Translations under genes and position numbers: made by a program
Notes under the pieces: generated by a model
Database searches by the model: none
The model's input: only the letters and a program-made list of their open reading frames with translations
Told to the model about the DNA's origin: nothing
In this document: in pieces, positions 1-9,416 of the stretch
Position numbering within the stretch: position 1 is the stretch's first letter
Layout: the number at the start of each line of letters is the position of its first letter
Assembly (NCBI GenBank): GCA_963695225.1
Contig: OY968762.1
Coordinates: forward strand, 192,001-256,000
Direction of reading: 5' to 3'
Length of the DNA: 64,000 nucleotides
Origin: Vulcanimicrobiota bacterium
Lineage (GTDB): Bacteria; Vulcanimicrobiota; Vulcanimicrobiia; Vulcanimicrobiales; Vulcanimicrobiaceae

Positions 1-380
1 GTAGTTTGAGTAACCCACGTATCGGGTTCACTTCCACTGTGGCAGAATGCCGCAAGGATCGTCGCCGAAAGTTTGGGCCGCGTGTCTCTCTCTGCCTCCA
101 GGTCGGCAACGCTCTGGTTGTGCTGTTCACGCTCAAACTTCCAGGCATCGTAAGATGCAAAGATAGCGGCAATCACCAACCAAGACACCGGGAGCCAAAC
201 CTGTGCGGTCTGCAGGTTCGCCGCCGTCGCAGCGTAGCGCGCGCCATCCGCCTTCGCGGCAACCGAAGCGTTCATTGCGAGCAGCGCTACGAGGGCTTCA
301 AGCACGACAATGTACCAAGTACTTGTAACTCGGCGAGCCCAATGGGCCAGCCAAGCTCTTACATAGGCTCCGACACTCAC
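1..380 (-). CDS. Hypothetical membrane protein, 5' part (runs off the left edge)
   Basis: Manually read open frame from GTG at 380 (VSVGAYVRAWLAHW...WYIVVLEALVALLAM...VWLPVSWLVIAAIFASYDAWKFERE...) with two hydrophobic stretches and no stop before the edge; absent from the ORF track because it is incomplete. Confidence 0.5.
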   Translation of the reverse strand, partial: MSVGAYVRAWLAHWARRVTSTWYIVVLEALVALLAMNASVAAKADGARYAATAANLQTAQVWLPVSWLVIAAIFASYDAWKFEREQHNQSVADLEAERDTRPKLSATILAAFCHSGSEPDTWVTQT

Positions 381-657
381 CGGGAGACTCGCCATCGCTT
401 CCAAGAATAGCACCCCAAGCGAACGGCCCTCGCCAGGTGAGCTCCTACCAAGCGATGGCGGTCGAGGACAATCCCGGGCAGCCTCGAGCGGGGGTAGTGG
501 GACTCGAAGCACTCAAATGATGATTTGAGCCCGTCGCGCATCGCTAGCAACCTCTCGCGGCCTGGCCGGCGAGTCGCTGCGCTCTTGCCGCCGCGGTCAC
601 GATCGGGTTGCCGGTGGACGCGCTCGAAAGCCGAGGCAGCCGTATGTGGAGCACTGC

Positions 658-746
658 AAGTGCGGAGATTAGGCCTCGTAATCTCCGCACTTCCTGCGGC
701 GAAATAGGGTTTGAGCATAATCTCCGCAAGAGATACGGAGATTATG
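658..746. promoter_or_regulatory. Two palindromic TAATCTCCGCA-type operator-like sites upstream of the Fic gene
   Basis: AAGTGCGGAGATTA-N7-TAATCTCCGCACTT (658-692) and CATAATCTCCG-N9-CGGAGATTATG (716-746, covers the GGAG RBS and ATG). Confidence 0.65.
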
Positions 747-1382
747 GCATATATCCACGAACGGAACGACTGGCCTCAGTTTCGGCTCGACCAAGGCAAG
801 CTGACCGCGAAGCTAGCCGCCGTGCGGCACCTCCAGGGCCGCTTGCTCGGCCGGATGGAGGAACTCGGCTTCACGTTGCGAGCCGACGCGACTGTGCAAA
901 GCCTGACGGAAGAGATAGTCAAATCGAACGAGATCGAAGGCGAGAAGCTAGACAAGAATCAAGTGCGCTCGTCGATCGCGCGCCGCCTTGGCGTGGATAT
1001 CGGAGGCCTAACGCCGGCGGACCGCAACGTAGAGGGCGTGGTCGAGATGATGCTCGACGCGACACAAAAGTATGACGAGCCGCTCACGAAGGCGCGGCTT
1101 TTCGCCTGGCACGCAGCGCTCTTCCCGACGGGACGCAATGGCATGCGCAAGATTACCGTCGGCGCATGGTGCAAAGATAATGCCGGTCCGATGCGCGTGG
1201 TTTCGGGTCCAATCGGGCGCGAGAAAGTCCACTATGAAGCGCCATCCGCCGCGCGCGTCGATAAAGAAATGCGCGCATTCCTGCACTGGTTCAACGACGA
1301 AAAAGAAGACGATCTCGTTATGAAGGCAGGAACCGCGCACCTGTGGTTTGTGACCATCCATCCGTTCGATGACGGTAACGGC
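744..1382 (+). pseudogene. Fic family protein (DUF4172 N-terminus), 5' fragment disrupted by IS3
   Basis: MAYIHERNDWPQF start, EIEGE motif; Fic motif HPFDDGNG cut exactly at the IS left end. Confidence 0.9.
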
Positions 1383-1456
1383 TGGGCTCGGCCCTGGATC
1401 GGGAGCCAGGAATTACTGTGGATGTCGCCCGATGAAGGCAGACGGAGAAATCCACA

Positions 1457-1750
1457 ATGCGAAAGAGCCGCTTCACCGAGACCCAGATCGTCCAGATCCT
1501 CGCCGAGCATGATGCCGGGGCGTCCATGGCTGACCTTGGGCGCCGCCACGGCGTCCACGCGAACACGATCCGGTTGTGGCGTCAGAAGTACGCCGGCATG
1601 AATGCGACCGATCTTGCCCGCCTCAAGCAGCTCGAGGCGGAGAACGCGCAGATGCAGCGCATCATCGCCCGGCAGACCGTCAAGATTGACGCGATCGAGG
1701 AGCTGTTACGAAAAAACTCCTGGAGCCTTCCCGGCGAGCCGAAGCCGTGA
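1457..1750 (+). CDS. IS3 transposase OrfA (HTH)
   Basis: MRKSRFTETQIVQIL...LKQLEAEN; A-AAA-AAC slippery site at 1711-1717 leading into the -1 (orfB) frame. Confidence 0.9.
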   Translation: MRKSRFTETQIVQILAEHDAGASMADLGRRHGVHANTIRLWRQKYAGMNATDLARLKQLEAENAQMQRIIARQTVKIDAIEELLRKNSWSLPGEPKP

Positions 1751-2589
1751 AGGCGCTCCAAGCGCTCGGCCTGAGCCAGCGCGAGGCGTGCACGATCGCA
1801 CGTGCGCGCCGCCGCTCATCGCGCGAAGTTCCCAGCCGCAAGGCGCAGGAAGATGCACAGGTAGCCCTGCGCCTGACGGAACTTGCGCAAGAGCATGCGG
1901 GACACGGATGCCGGCGACTCTACTTCGACTACGAGCGTGACGCACGGCCCGGCGATGACTACATGAACCACAAGCGATTTCGCCGGCTCTACCGGCTTGC
2001 GGGTTTGCAGATAGGCCGCCGTCATCGCCGCGGTCGCGCGAAGATCGTTCGCGGCCGAAGCCTTCGCCGTGCGGTTCGGCCCTTTGAGGGTTGGACGATG
2101 GACTTCATGCACGACCGCCTCTTTAACGGGCGCTCTTTTCGCGGGCTCACGGTCATGGATGAGTTCAGCCGGTCAGGCCTGGCTCTTGAGGCTGCGTATT
2201 CGTTTCCCAGCCGATCAGTCGTCAAGGTTCTTGACGATCTCGGCGCCGTGTACGGCTATCCCAAATACCTGCGGATCGACAATGGCACGGAGCTAACATC
2301 GAAGATCATGCAGCAGTGGTCCGAAGACCATTGCGTTGAGTTGCTCTTCATCCAACCGGGCAAGCCGACGCAGAACGCCTATATCGAATCGTTCAACTCA
2401 CGGGTCCGCTCGGAGTTCTTCAATGCCCAATGGTTCCGCTCGGTGCTTGAAGCTCGCGGTGCAGCCGACGCATGGCGGCACCGTTACAACACGACCCATG
2501 CTCATAGCGCACTGCACTACCAAACCCCCGAGGAGTTCCTCGGGACCTACGAAACTATCCCCACCCCACAGAAATCACTGGCTGCATAA
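1747..2589 (+). CDS. IS3 transposase OrfB (rve/DDE)
   Basis: WTMDF, DNGTE, PGKPTQNAYIESFN, YN..HAHSAL motifs. Confidence 0.93.
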   Translation: MKALQALGLSQREACTIARARRRSSREVPSRKAQEDAQVALRLTELAQEHAGHGCRRLYFDYERDARPGDDYMNHKRFRRLYRLAGLQIGRRHRRGRAKIVRGRSLRRAVRPFEGWTMDFMHDRLFNGRSFRGLTVMDEFSRSGLALEAAYSFPSRSVVKVLDDLGAVYGYPKYLRIDNGTELTSKIMQQWSEDHCVELLFIQPGKPTQNAYIESFNSRVRSEFFNAQWFRSVLEARGAADAWRHRYNTTHAHSALHYQTPEEFLGTYETIPTPQKSLAA

Positions 2590-2603
2590 CAGGGCCGAGC
2601 CCA

Positions 2604-2926
2604 CACCCTGGCTGGACTGGTTCTTGGGATGCCTCGGTCGTGCTTTCGAAGGAGCAGACTCTGGCCTAGCTGCCGTTCTAGCCAAGGCACGTTTTTGGCA
2701 GCGCTACCGGACGGCATCGCTTAACGAACGCCAGCGGCTGATGATGAACAAGCTGCTAGAGGGATTCAAAGGCAAGCTCACCTCATCGAAATGGGCGAAG
2801 ATCGCCAAGTGCTCGCCGGATACGGCACTGCGCGATATCAACGGTCTTATTCGCCGAGGCATCCTCATAAAGGATGCCGCTGGTGGCCGAAGCACGAGCT
2901 ATTCACTGGTTGACGCAGCCGCCTAA
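2604..2926 (+). pseudogene. Fic family protein, 3' fragment (C-terminal winged-HTH)
   Basis: TPWLDWFLGCL...LNERQ...LTSSKWAKIAKCSPDTALRDI...GGRSTSY resumes directly after the IS right end. Confidence 0.88.
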
Positions 2927-3038
2927 TTGCGTCCACGGAACCGGGCCAGCTTCAGAATGCCGATATTGTGTTCGATGGAGACCGGCGCGGCTGCGAAGAT
3001 CGGCGCGTCCGACGGCGCTGCCGGCGGTATAGGGTTAT

Positions 3039-3672
3039 ATGGGTTCACCGGTTCCGGGGAGCGCCGCGCTCGTCGTCAATACGGGCTCGCGCTTCGGCGA
3101 CGACGGCTTCCAGCTGATCTGCCGCGAGCTGATCGCGCGCGGCATCGATCTCGCCGCCGCCTATCCCGTGCGGAAGGCGCGCCATATGGTGAAGGTCGTC
3201 GAGCACGAAATCGCCGCGGGGCGGCGGCTCATCATCCTCGGCGGCGGCGACGGCACGGTAACGATGGTCTCGCATTGCTTCATCGGCAAGGATGCCGTGA
3301 TGGGCCTCTTGCCGCTCGGCACCGGGAACAGCTTCGCTCAAGGCCTGGGGCTGCCGCTGGATTTCGGAGCCGCCGCCGACACGCTCGTGCAGGGCAAAGT
3401 CGCCGCCATCGACCTCGGGATCGTCAACGGGCACGCCTTCGCCAACTTCACGACACTCGGGCTCTCGACGGTCGTCGCGCGCACGACGCGGCCGCTGCTC
3501 AAGCGGATTCTCGGCCCGATCTCGTACGTGCTGACCGGGCTACTCTTGGCACGGCGGTATCGCCCCTTCGACTGCAGGATCGTAGCCGACGACGGCCCGT
3601 ATCGCTTCCGGACGCACCAGCTCGTCATCGCGAACGGCCGCGTCTTCGGCGCGACGCCGATCCATCCCGATG
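3039..3672 (+). pseudogene. Diacylglycerol/lipid kinase (YegS/BmrU family), 5' fragment
   Basis: VVN..S, GGGDGT, PLGTGNSFA, DLG, ANGRVFG motifs; interrupted at the IHPD codons. Confidence 0.92.
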
Positions 3673-5840
3673 TGCGCGGCGACAACTATCCTGACCGCCC
3701 GCATTGACTCGCCAGAAGTGCTACCCATGACTGCTCGTTGCCTCACCAAAACTGTTACCCGCCGGGCTGCTCCGGCGGGAGCTAGACGTCAGAGTGAGGC
3801 GGATCAGTATGGCAACGCGGAAGGAACTGCTCGCGGCGGTGATCATGCGGTACGGGGCGGCGGCCACGGCAGAGAAGGCCAGGATCCTGGACGAATTCAC
3901 CGCGGTAACCGGCTATCATCGAAAGCACGCCATCCGGCTTCTGAACTCTGACGCCCCTCCGGCGCGGCCGAAAACGCCGCGCAACCGGATCTATGACGAG
4001 GCCGTACAACAGGCGCTCATCGTCCTTTGGGAAGCCAGCGATCGGCTTTGCGGGAAGCGCCTCAAGGCGTCGATACCGATCCTGATCAGCGCGATGGAGC
4101 GCCACGGTCACCTCGATTTGCATCCGTCGGTCAAGGAGCGGCTCCTGCAGGTCAGCGCCGCGAGTATCGATCGCCTCCTGAGCGGAACGCGGAGGCACAT
4201 CGACGGCAAACGTCGTCGAAAGTCCGGCATTGGTCTCGCCATCCGCCGCGCCATCCCGGTGCGCACCTTCAGCGACTGGGGAGACCCGCCGCCAGGGTTT
4301 TTCGAAGTCGACATGGTCGAGCATTGTGGGGGCGCCAAGACCGATGGGAATTTCGTGCACACTCTCGTTCTCACCGACATCGCGAGCGCCTGGACCGAGT
4401 GTGTCCCGATGCCGATGCGGAATCAGTCGCTGATCGCCGAAGCTCTGGACGCCGCTGCGTCCAACATCCCTTTCACGATGCTCGGTGTAGATACCGATAA
4501 CGACAGCGCATTCATCAACCAGACGATCGTCGATTACTGCGACGAGCGTGGCCTCGCTCAGACGCGATCCCGGCCCTACCGGAAGAACGATCAGGCTTGG
4601 GTGGAGCAAAAGAACGGCGCGGTGGTACGCAAGCTCGTCGGATACGAGCGTCTCGCCGGCCTTGATGCGACGCGTGCTGTGGCGAACCTTTATGCGGCTT
4701 CGCGATTATACATCAACTACTTTCAGCCGTGTTTCAAGCTGAAATCAAAGAGACGCGACGGCGCTCGCGTTGAGAAGAGGTATTACTCTCCGGCAACGCC
4801 GTATGCGCGGCTCATGGATTCTTCTCACGTGAGTGCCGCCGTCAAAACAAAACTCAAGGGTGAGTGCGACGCGCTCGACCCGGTGGCGCTTCTCCGTGAC
4901 GTCCGCGCAGCCCAACAGGAACTCCACGAGATGGTCTCTCGCGCAACAGCGGAGCCCAGAAACGTTGGAACTCCGGTTGACTTTCAAACGTTTCTTTCGA
5001 GTCTTGCTACGGCTTGGAAGAGCGGCGAGGTGCGCCCGACGCACCGGCCAAAGGCTGCAGCACCGAGGTGGTGGCGCACGCGCAGGGACCCGCTAGCGGA
5101 GATTTGGCCTGCGTTCGAGCAATGGCTCCTCGACGATCCCACCCTAACTGCGAAGGATCTGCTCGAACGGTTGCTGTCAACGTCGCCTGACGCGGCAATG
5201 AATAGCGCACAATTGCGCACGCTTCAGCGACGTATCAAGGTGTGGCGCGCGGATCGAGCCAAATATCTGATCCTCGGTCGACATTCTGGCGAAGGTGCAG
5301 CGACGTGTGCAGATTCGGTGAGCACCTGATCCTTGGAGATCGTCGCACCGATGCAATCAATCACCTCGAGCTAATCGATAGGTGACTTATCGATATAACC
5401 GCGCAGGTAACCGAGTCTCTCCCACGCCATGTATTCGACAACGCTGCGACGCAAACGAGGAGCTGTCAGGACGGAGATGCACTCCGCCTCGGTCCAATCG
5501 TCACCGTGATTCCCTGCGCTGCGCTCTTCATGGGCTAACGAATCTTTCGGAAGGCGGCGCCGCCGTGGCTCGTTACTATGGCTGTGACGCATAACTCCCT
5601 GAACATATGCTCACGGTCGCGATGATGTCAAGTATGCGGCGAACGCGCGGCGGTGGATAGCATGGATGAGCTCCGCGTGCAAACGCCATGTCAAAGCCGA
5701 CGGCTCATCCACCCTTTCCACCGCTCTGCTGCTGCTACTTCGGGTGGGACAACGAGGAACGAGCAGGGGACGACAACAACCAGCCGGGTAACACCATTAC
5801 CTGAGGCAACACGACCGGCCAAGATAATTGTCGCCGGCCA
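3673..5840 (+). mobile_element. ISNCY/IS21-like element, 2168 bp, 6-bp target duplication CCGATG
   Basis: CCGATG at 3667-3672 and 5841-5846; 25-bp terminal IRs TGCGCGGCGACAACTATCCTGACCG / TGGCCGGCGACAATTATCTTGGCCG (20/25); removing the element restores the reading IHPDARVDEG. Confidence 0.92.
3794..5329 (+). CDS. DDE (rve/integrase-core) transposase with IstA-like C-terminal HTH
   Basis: EVDMVEHCG, DTDNDSAF, RPYRKNDQAWVEQKN; C-terminal WRTRRDP...QLRTLQRRIKVWR. Confidence 0.92.
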   Translation: MRRISMATRKELLAAVIMRYGAAATAEKARILDEFTAVTGYHRKHAIRLLNSDAPPARPKTPRNRIYDEAVQQALIVLWEASDRLCGKRLKASIPILISAMERHGHLDLHPSVKERLLQVSAASIDRLLSGTRRHIDGKRRRKSGIGLAIRRAIPVRTFSDWGDPPPGFFEVDMVEHCGGAKTDGNFVHTLVLTDIASAWTECVPMPMRNQSLIAEALDAAASNIPFTMLGVDTDNDSAFINQTIVDYCDERGLAQTRSRPYRKNDQAWVEQKNGAVVRKLVGYERLAGLDATRAVANLYAASRLYINYFQPCFKLKSKRRDGARVEKRYYSPATPYARLMDSSHVSAAVKTKLKGECDALDPVALLRDVRAAQQELHEMVSRATAEPRNVGTPVDFQTFLSSLATAWKSGEVRPTHRPKAAAPRWWRTRRDPLAEIWPAFEQWLLDDPTLTAKDLLERLLSTSPDAAMNSAQLRTLQRRIKVWRADRAKYLILGRHSGEGAATCADSVST

Positions 5841-6121
5841 CCGATGCGCGCGTCGACGAGGGGCTCCTCACCGTCTTCGCTGTCCCGGGGGCAAGCCGGG
5901 ATTCGATCCGTGAAACATGGGAGGCGCTGCTCACCGACCGCCAAGCCGATTTGAAAGGCGCCCTCTTCATTGCGACCAAGCGGCTGACGCTCCGGACGAA
6001 GCCGCGACGCGCGATCGCGTTAGACGGAGAGATCGTGACGCGCACGCCCGCGACATACTCCGTCGCCCCGCGCGCGCTCAAGATCATCGTCCCGCTCGCA
6101 TTCTGCGAGACGCCGCGCTAG
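5841..6121 (+). pseudogene. Lipid kinase, 3' fragment
   Basis: PDARVDEGLLTV...ALDGEIVTRTP...ALKIIVP. Confidence 0.9.
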
Positions 6122-6729
6122 TGCGGCACGAGTTCGCCTATGCGCTTGCCGGCGTCTCGAGCCTCGCCGTGACGTTCGCGCTCGGGCTCGCTACCCGCGA
6201 AGGGCGGATGTTCCCGCTCGACGCGCGAGCGGAGCGTGCGTTCTACGGCAAAGGCGTGCCGCTCGCGTGGTTCTTCACGGCGAGCGGTTACGGCTCGGTC
6301 CTCTGCGCGATCTTCGCGGGAAGCTTTGCGCTCGTCCTCGCGCTGCACCGCTCGTCGATCGAACTCGGAGCGCTCGCCCTGACTCAACTCGTCTCGCAAG
6401 GCCTCATCGCACGCTTCAAGCGCCGCTTCAAGCGCGTGCGTCCGACGAATTGGCTGATCCATCGAGAACTCGACTCTTCTTTCCCGAGCGGCCACGCGAC
6501 GACGGCAGCCGTCACGTTCGCGGGTTTCGCGTTGCTTGGCCTGCGCTCGTCATTCCCGCACGAGGTAAAGCTCGGACTCGCCGCCGTCTGCGCGCTGTTC
6601 GTCCTCGGAATAGGCTGGTCGCGCATCGTCCTCGGCGCGCACTATCTCTCCGACGTCTGCGGCGGTTACGCGTTCGGGGCCGCCTGCCTCTTCGCGATGG
6701 TCGCGCTGCTCGAAGCCTTCGCCGTCTAA
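6121..6729 (+). CDS. PAP2 family phosphatase
   Basis: KRRFKRVRP, SFPSGH, SRIVLGAHYLSDV motifs; GTG overlaps the kinase stop. Confidence 0.9.
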   Translation: MRHEFAYALAGVSSLAVTFALGLATREGRMFPLDARAERAFYGKGVPLAWFFTASGYGSVLCAIFAGSFALVLALHRSSIELGALALTQLVSQGLIARFKRRFKRVRPTNWLIHRELDSSFPSGHATTAAVTFAGFALLGLRSSFPHEVKLGLAAVCALFVLGIGWSRIVLGAHYLSDVCGGYAFGAACLFAMVALLEAFAV

Positions 6730-6831
6730 GCGCTAAACGTCGAGATACGCCTTTTTCACCAGGCGAGGCTCGATTCGTGGAGGCGGTCGACACTGCCGAT
6801 CCATGCAAACTCTGCGAGGCAAGCGCCAGCT

Positions 6832-7911
6832 CTAATTCTCCATAACGATGGGAATCTTGCTCGGCAAGCTGACGCGGGCGACCGCGATAACATGATCCGC
6901 CGCTCCGTAGGAGACATCGAGCGTGCCGTCGGCGCGCAAATCGGTCGCCGATGGAAACACGACGTCGTTGACCACGCCGTTACGCTCGTACGGCGCGTTC
7001 GGCTCGAGGATCGGCTCCGGCGTGCGGTAGAGCACACGAGACGGCCGATCTCCGTCGAGAATCGCGACGCCCATGCAGTACCGCGGACGGCCGCCCGGAG
7101 CCGAGACGGCGTGATACGTCAAGACCCACCCGTAGGGAAGCCGTACCGGCGGGGCACCGGTGCCAACCTTCAGCGCTTCCCACGACCGCTCGGGTGCCAT
7201 GACTCGCTCGTGCCGTCGAACCGAGGTCAAGCTTGCGATGTCCGCGACGGCGGCTTTGGCGGGAGTGTACGAGATCCAAATGTTCTGCTGCGTCTCGTCG
7301 CCTCCCGGCGGCTTCATCGTTACCGTTCCGATACGATGACGTTTGAAGTGTACGCGCGTGGTTGGCCGGTGCAGGAACGCGAACGACGGAACGCCGTGGG
7401 GATCGGAGACGACCTCAGAAAAGATTGCGCCGTCTTTGTTGCCGCAGGTACTGAGATCCGGGCCGGGGACCATGGGTTCATAGCGCAGAACGCCGAGGCG
7501 TTGCCAAGTCACGAGGTCCGACGAGACGGCGACCGCGATTCGCGGCTCGTACGGGATGAAGGCCGTGTACGTCATCACGTATCGCTTGAGCGCGGGCACG
7601 TACACGACGCGTGGATCTTCCACGCCGCCGCCCCCTGCGTTGACCTCATACGATTCGTGCGGCTCGAGTGCGATGCCGAGCCGCACCACGCCGACCGGCG
7701 TCCCGCCGTCGAAACGTACGCGGGCGTGCCCGATCCGCGAATAGTTGCCTTCGGCGATGAGACGTGGAAAGAGATGCATCTCACCGTCCGCAGAACGCAC
7801 GCCGCCCGGGTTGAGGACCCCCCATGCCTCGTGCGGCTGATCTGCCTGCGAGTTCATGATCACGCCGAGCCGCGTCGCCGTGAAATCGAGCCCGGCTGCT
7901 CTTGACCCCAT
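6832..7911 (-). CDS. GH130-like glycosidase/glycoside phosphorylase
   Basis: GVLNPG, GVEDPRV, NKDG, HRP, YERNGVVNDVVFP, YGAAD motifs. Confidence 0.85.
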   Translation of the reverse strand: MGSRAAGLDFTATRLGVIMNSQADQPHEAWGVLNPGGVRSADGEMHLFPRLIAEGNYSRIGHARVRFDGGTPVGVVRLGIALEPHESYEVNAGGGGVEDPRVVYVPALKRYVMTYTAFIPYEPRIAVAVSSDLVTWQRLGVLRYEPMVPGPDLSTCGNKDGAIFSEVVSDPHGVPSFAFLHRPTTRVHFKRHRIGTVTMKPPGGDETQQNIWISYTPAKAAVADIASLTSVRRHERVMAPERSWEALKVGTGAPPVRLPYGWVLTYHAVSAPGGRPRYCMGVAILDGDRPSRVLYRTPEPILEPNAPYERNGVVNDVVFPSATDLRADGTLDVSYGAADHVIAVARVSLPSKIPIVMEN

Positions 7912-8335
7912 GATGCTGAACCTCGAGAGCGCATGCGTTGCGGTGTGCACACTTGCCGCGCTCAACGAGTCGCCCGTTTGCGCGTTGCCGGGCGTATCGA
8001 GAAGGCAGGCTCTCAGTATAGCCCTCACGGCGGCCGTGGGGTATCGTGAACCCAGGGGATATGAGCGGCACGTAGCGACGCCCAACTTTCCCCCAAGTAG
8101 AAATGTCCGGTTGCTTGGTCGAAGCTTCCACTACGGAGCTTCTTATCGCGAGCACGAACGGGCGCCCGGGTCACCGCCGTCTACAGACGTGGCGGGACTT
8201 CTGGATGTCGTGGCCGTCTAGCGGCACGCGAAGGCGACGGCCGTCGAGAGCTACTGCGGTGCCGCCGCGGCCATTTGCGCCGCCGCGAGCGGTCCCGGCA
8301 GATCAGAGTCGAGCGCTGACCGGCCCCGCTTCCAC

Positions 8336-9394
8336 CTACGCCGTAAGCGCGACGAGCGCCTGGCGCAAATCGGTGAAGGCCCCGATCGCGCCGACCTTTT
8401 GCGCAAAGTCAGGGGCGAACCGGTAGGCCGGGCCCCCTAAGACGATCTTCGGAGCACGCTCGCCGAACTCGCTGCGCACGGCATGCACCAACTCGACGAC
8501 GGACGACAAATTGGCGATGAGCGACGTCGAGATTCCCAGGAAGTCGGCTGAAACCTCACGGATGGCGCTGATGATTGCGGAGTGCGGTAAATTGCTCCCG
8601 AGAAAACGCACCGTCCAGCCCTCCGCCTCCAATGCATCGGCAACGAGATTGGCGCCGACTTGATGGAGCTCCCCGGCAACGCCGGTCACGACGATGCTGC
8701 CGCGATCGTTCACCGAGGGAGATAGCCTCTCGTAAACCGCGGCGACTGCATACTGCGTGATCGCCGTCGCTATGTGTTCCTGTGCGACGCTGATCTCGTT
8801 CGCCTCCCAAAGCTCGCCGACGCGGCGCAGAGATTTTGTGAAGACATCGACGTAGAGGTCCAAGTGCGTGTTTCCGGCCCGCAGGGCCTCGTCGACGATC
8901 TTTAGCGCGGCTTGACGCTGACCGCTCAGGATCGCGGCGAGGAAGACCTCTCTTGTCTCACCGAGCACGTCGCTCGCCTGCTCGGTGCCGCAACTCGTCT
9001 CAACTTCAACGCAGGCTTGCCGGCCTAGGGTGAGATACGGTTGAACGGCCTCGCGCTCCAGCGGGAGGAGCAGCGGAGAGATGTGCCGTTCAAGTTGCGC
9101 GAGGTTCTCTTCAACCGAGTGCGCTGCGATCCCACGCGCACCGAGCATCCTCGTCGTCCAGCGCGCGTAGCCGACGAACGCGCCGGTCGAGCCGGCCTCG
9201 ATCGCTCCGGCGAGATACTCCATGTGAAAGCCCGCGTCTTCGATGCCTAGCCTGCGGCCGCGTTCGCCATAGCGGACATCCCAATCGGGATGGTTTTGAA
9301 AGAACTCGTCGGTGATCGCTTGCGCGATCCGGCCTTTGAAGGAAAGGAGCTTGCGGGCGAGCTCCGACGGCTCTGAAACATGATGCTGCAGCAC
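8336..9394 (-). CDS. Cobalamin-binding protein (CarH/AerR-like B12 module) with N-terminal globin/phycobiliprotein-like helical domain
   Basis: W-x9-EH (LWEANEISVAQEH), ExHxxG (GELHQVG), LGIS and VLGG; GTG at 9394 after a GGAAGG RBS. Confidence 0.85.
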   Translation of the reverse strand: MLQHHVSEPSELARKLLSFKGRIAQAITDEFFQNHPDWDVRYGERGRRLGIEDAGFHMEYLAGAIEAGSTGAFVGYARWTTRMLGARGIAAHSVEENLAQLERHISPLLLPLEREAVQPYLTLGRQACVEVETSCGTEQASDVLGETREVFLAAILSGQRQAALKIVDEALRAGNTHLDLYVDVFTKSLRRVGELWEANEISVAQEHIATAITQYAVAAVYERLSPSVNDRGSIVVTGVAGELHQVGANLVADALEAEGWTVRFLGSNLPHSAIISAIREVSADFLGISTSLIANLSSVVELVHAVRSEFGERAPKIVLGGPAYRFAPDFAQKVGAIGAFTDLRQALVALTA

Positions 9395-9416
9395 TGCGAA
9401 GCCTTCCGTTTCGGCT

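Larger units (their letters stand above)
1383..2603 (+). mobile_element. IS3-family insertion sequence (1221 bp)
   Basis: TG...CA ends; IRL TGGGCTCGGCCCTGGATCGGGAGCCAGGAATTACTGTGG vs reverse-complemented IRR TGGGCTCGGCCCTGTTATGCAGCCAGTGATTTCTGTGG; orfA/orfB layout; no target duplication. Confidence 0.95.

Noticed and set aside
491..530. GGGG-initiated sequence as the partner Tn3 IR
   Set aside because: Does not end in TAAG and lacks similarity to the IR at 17676
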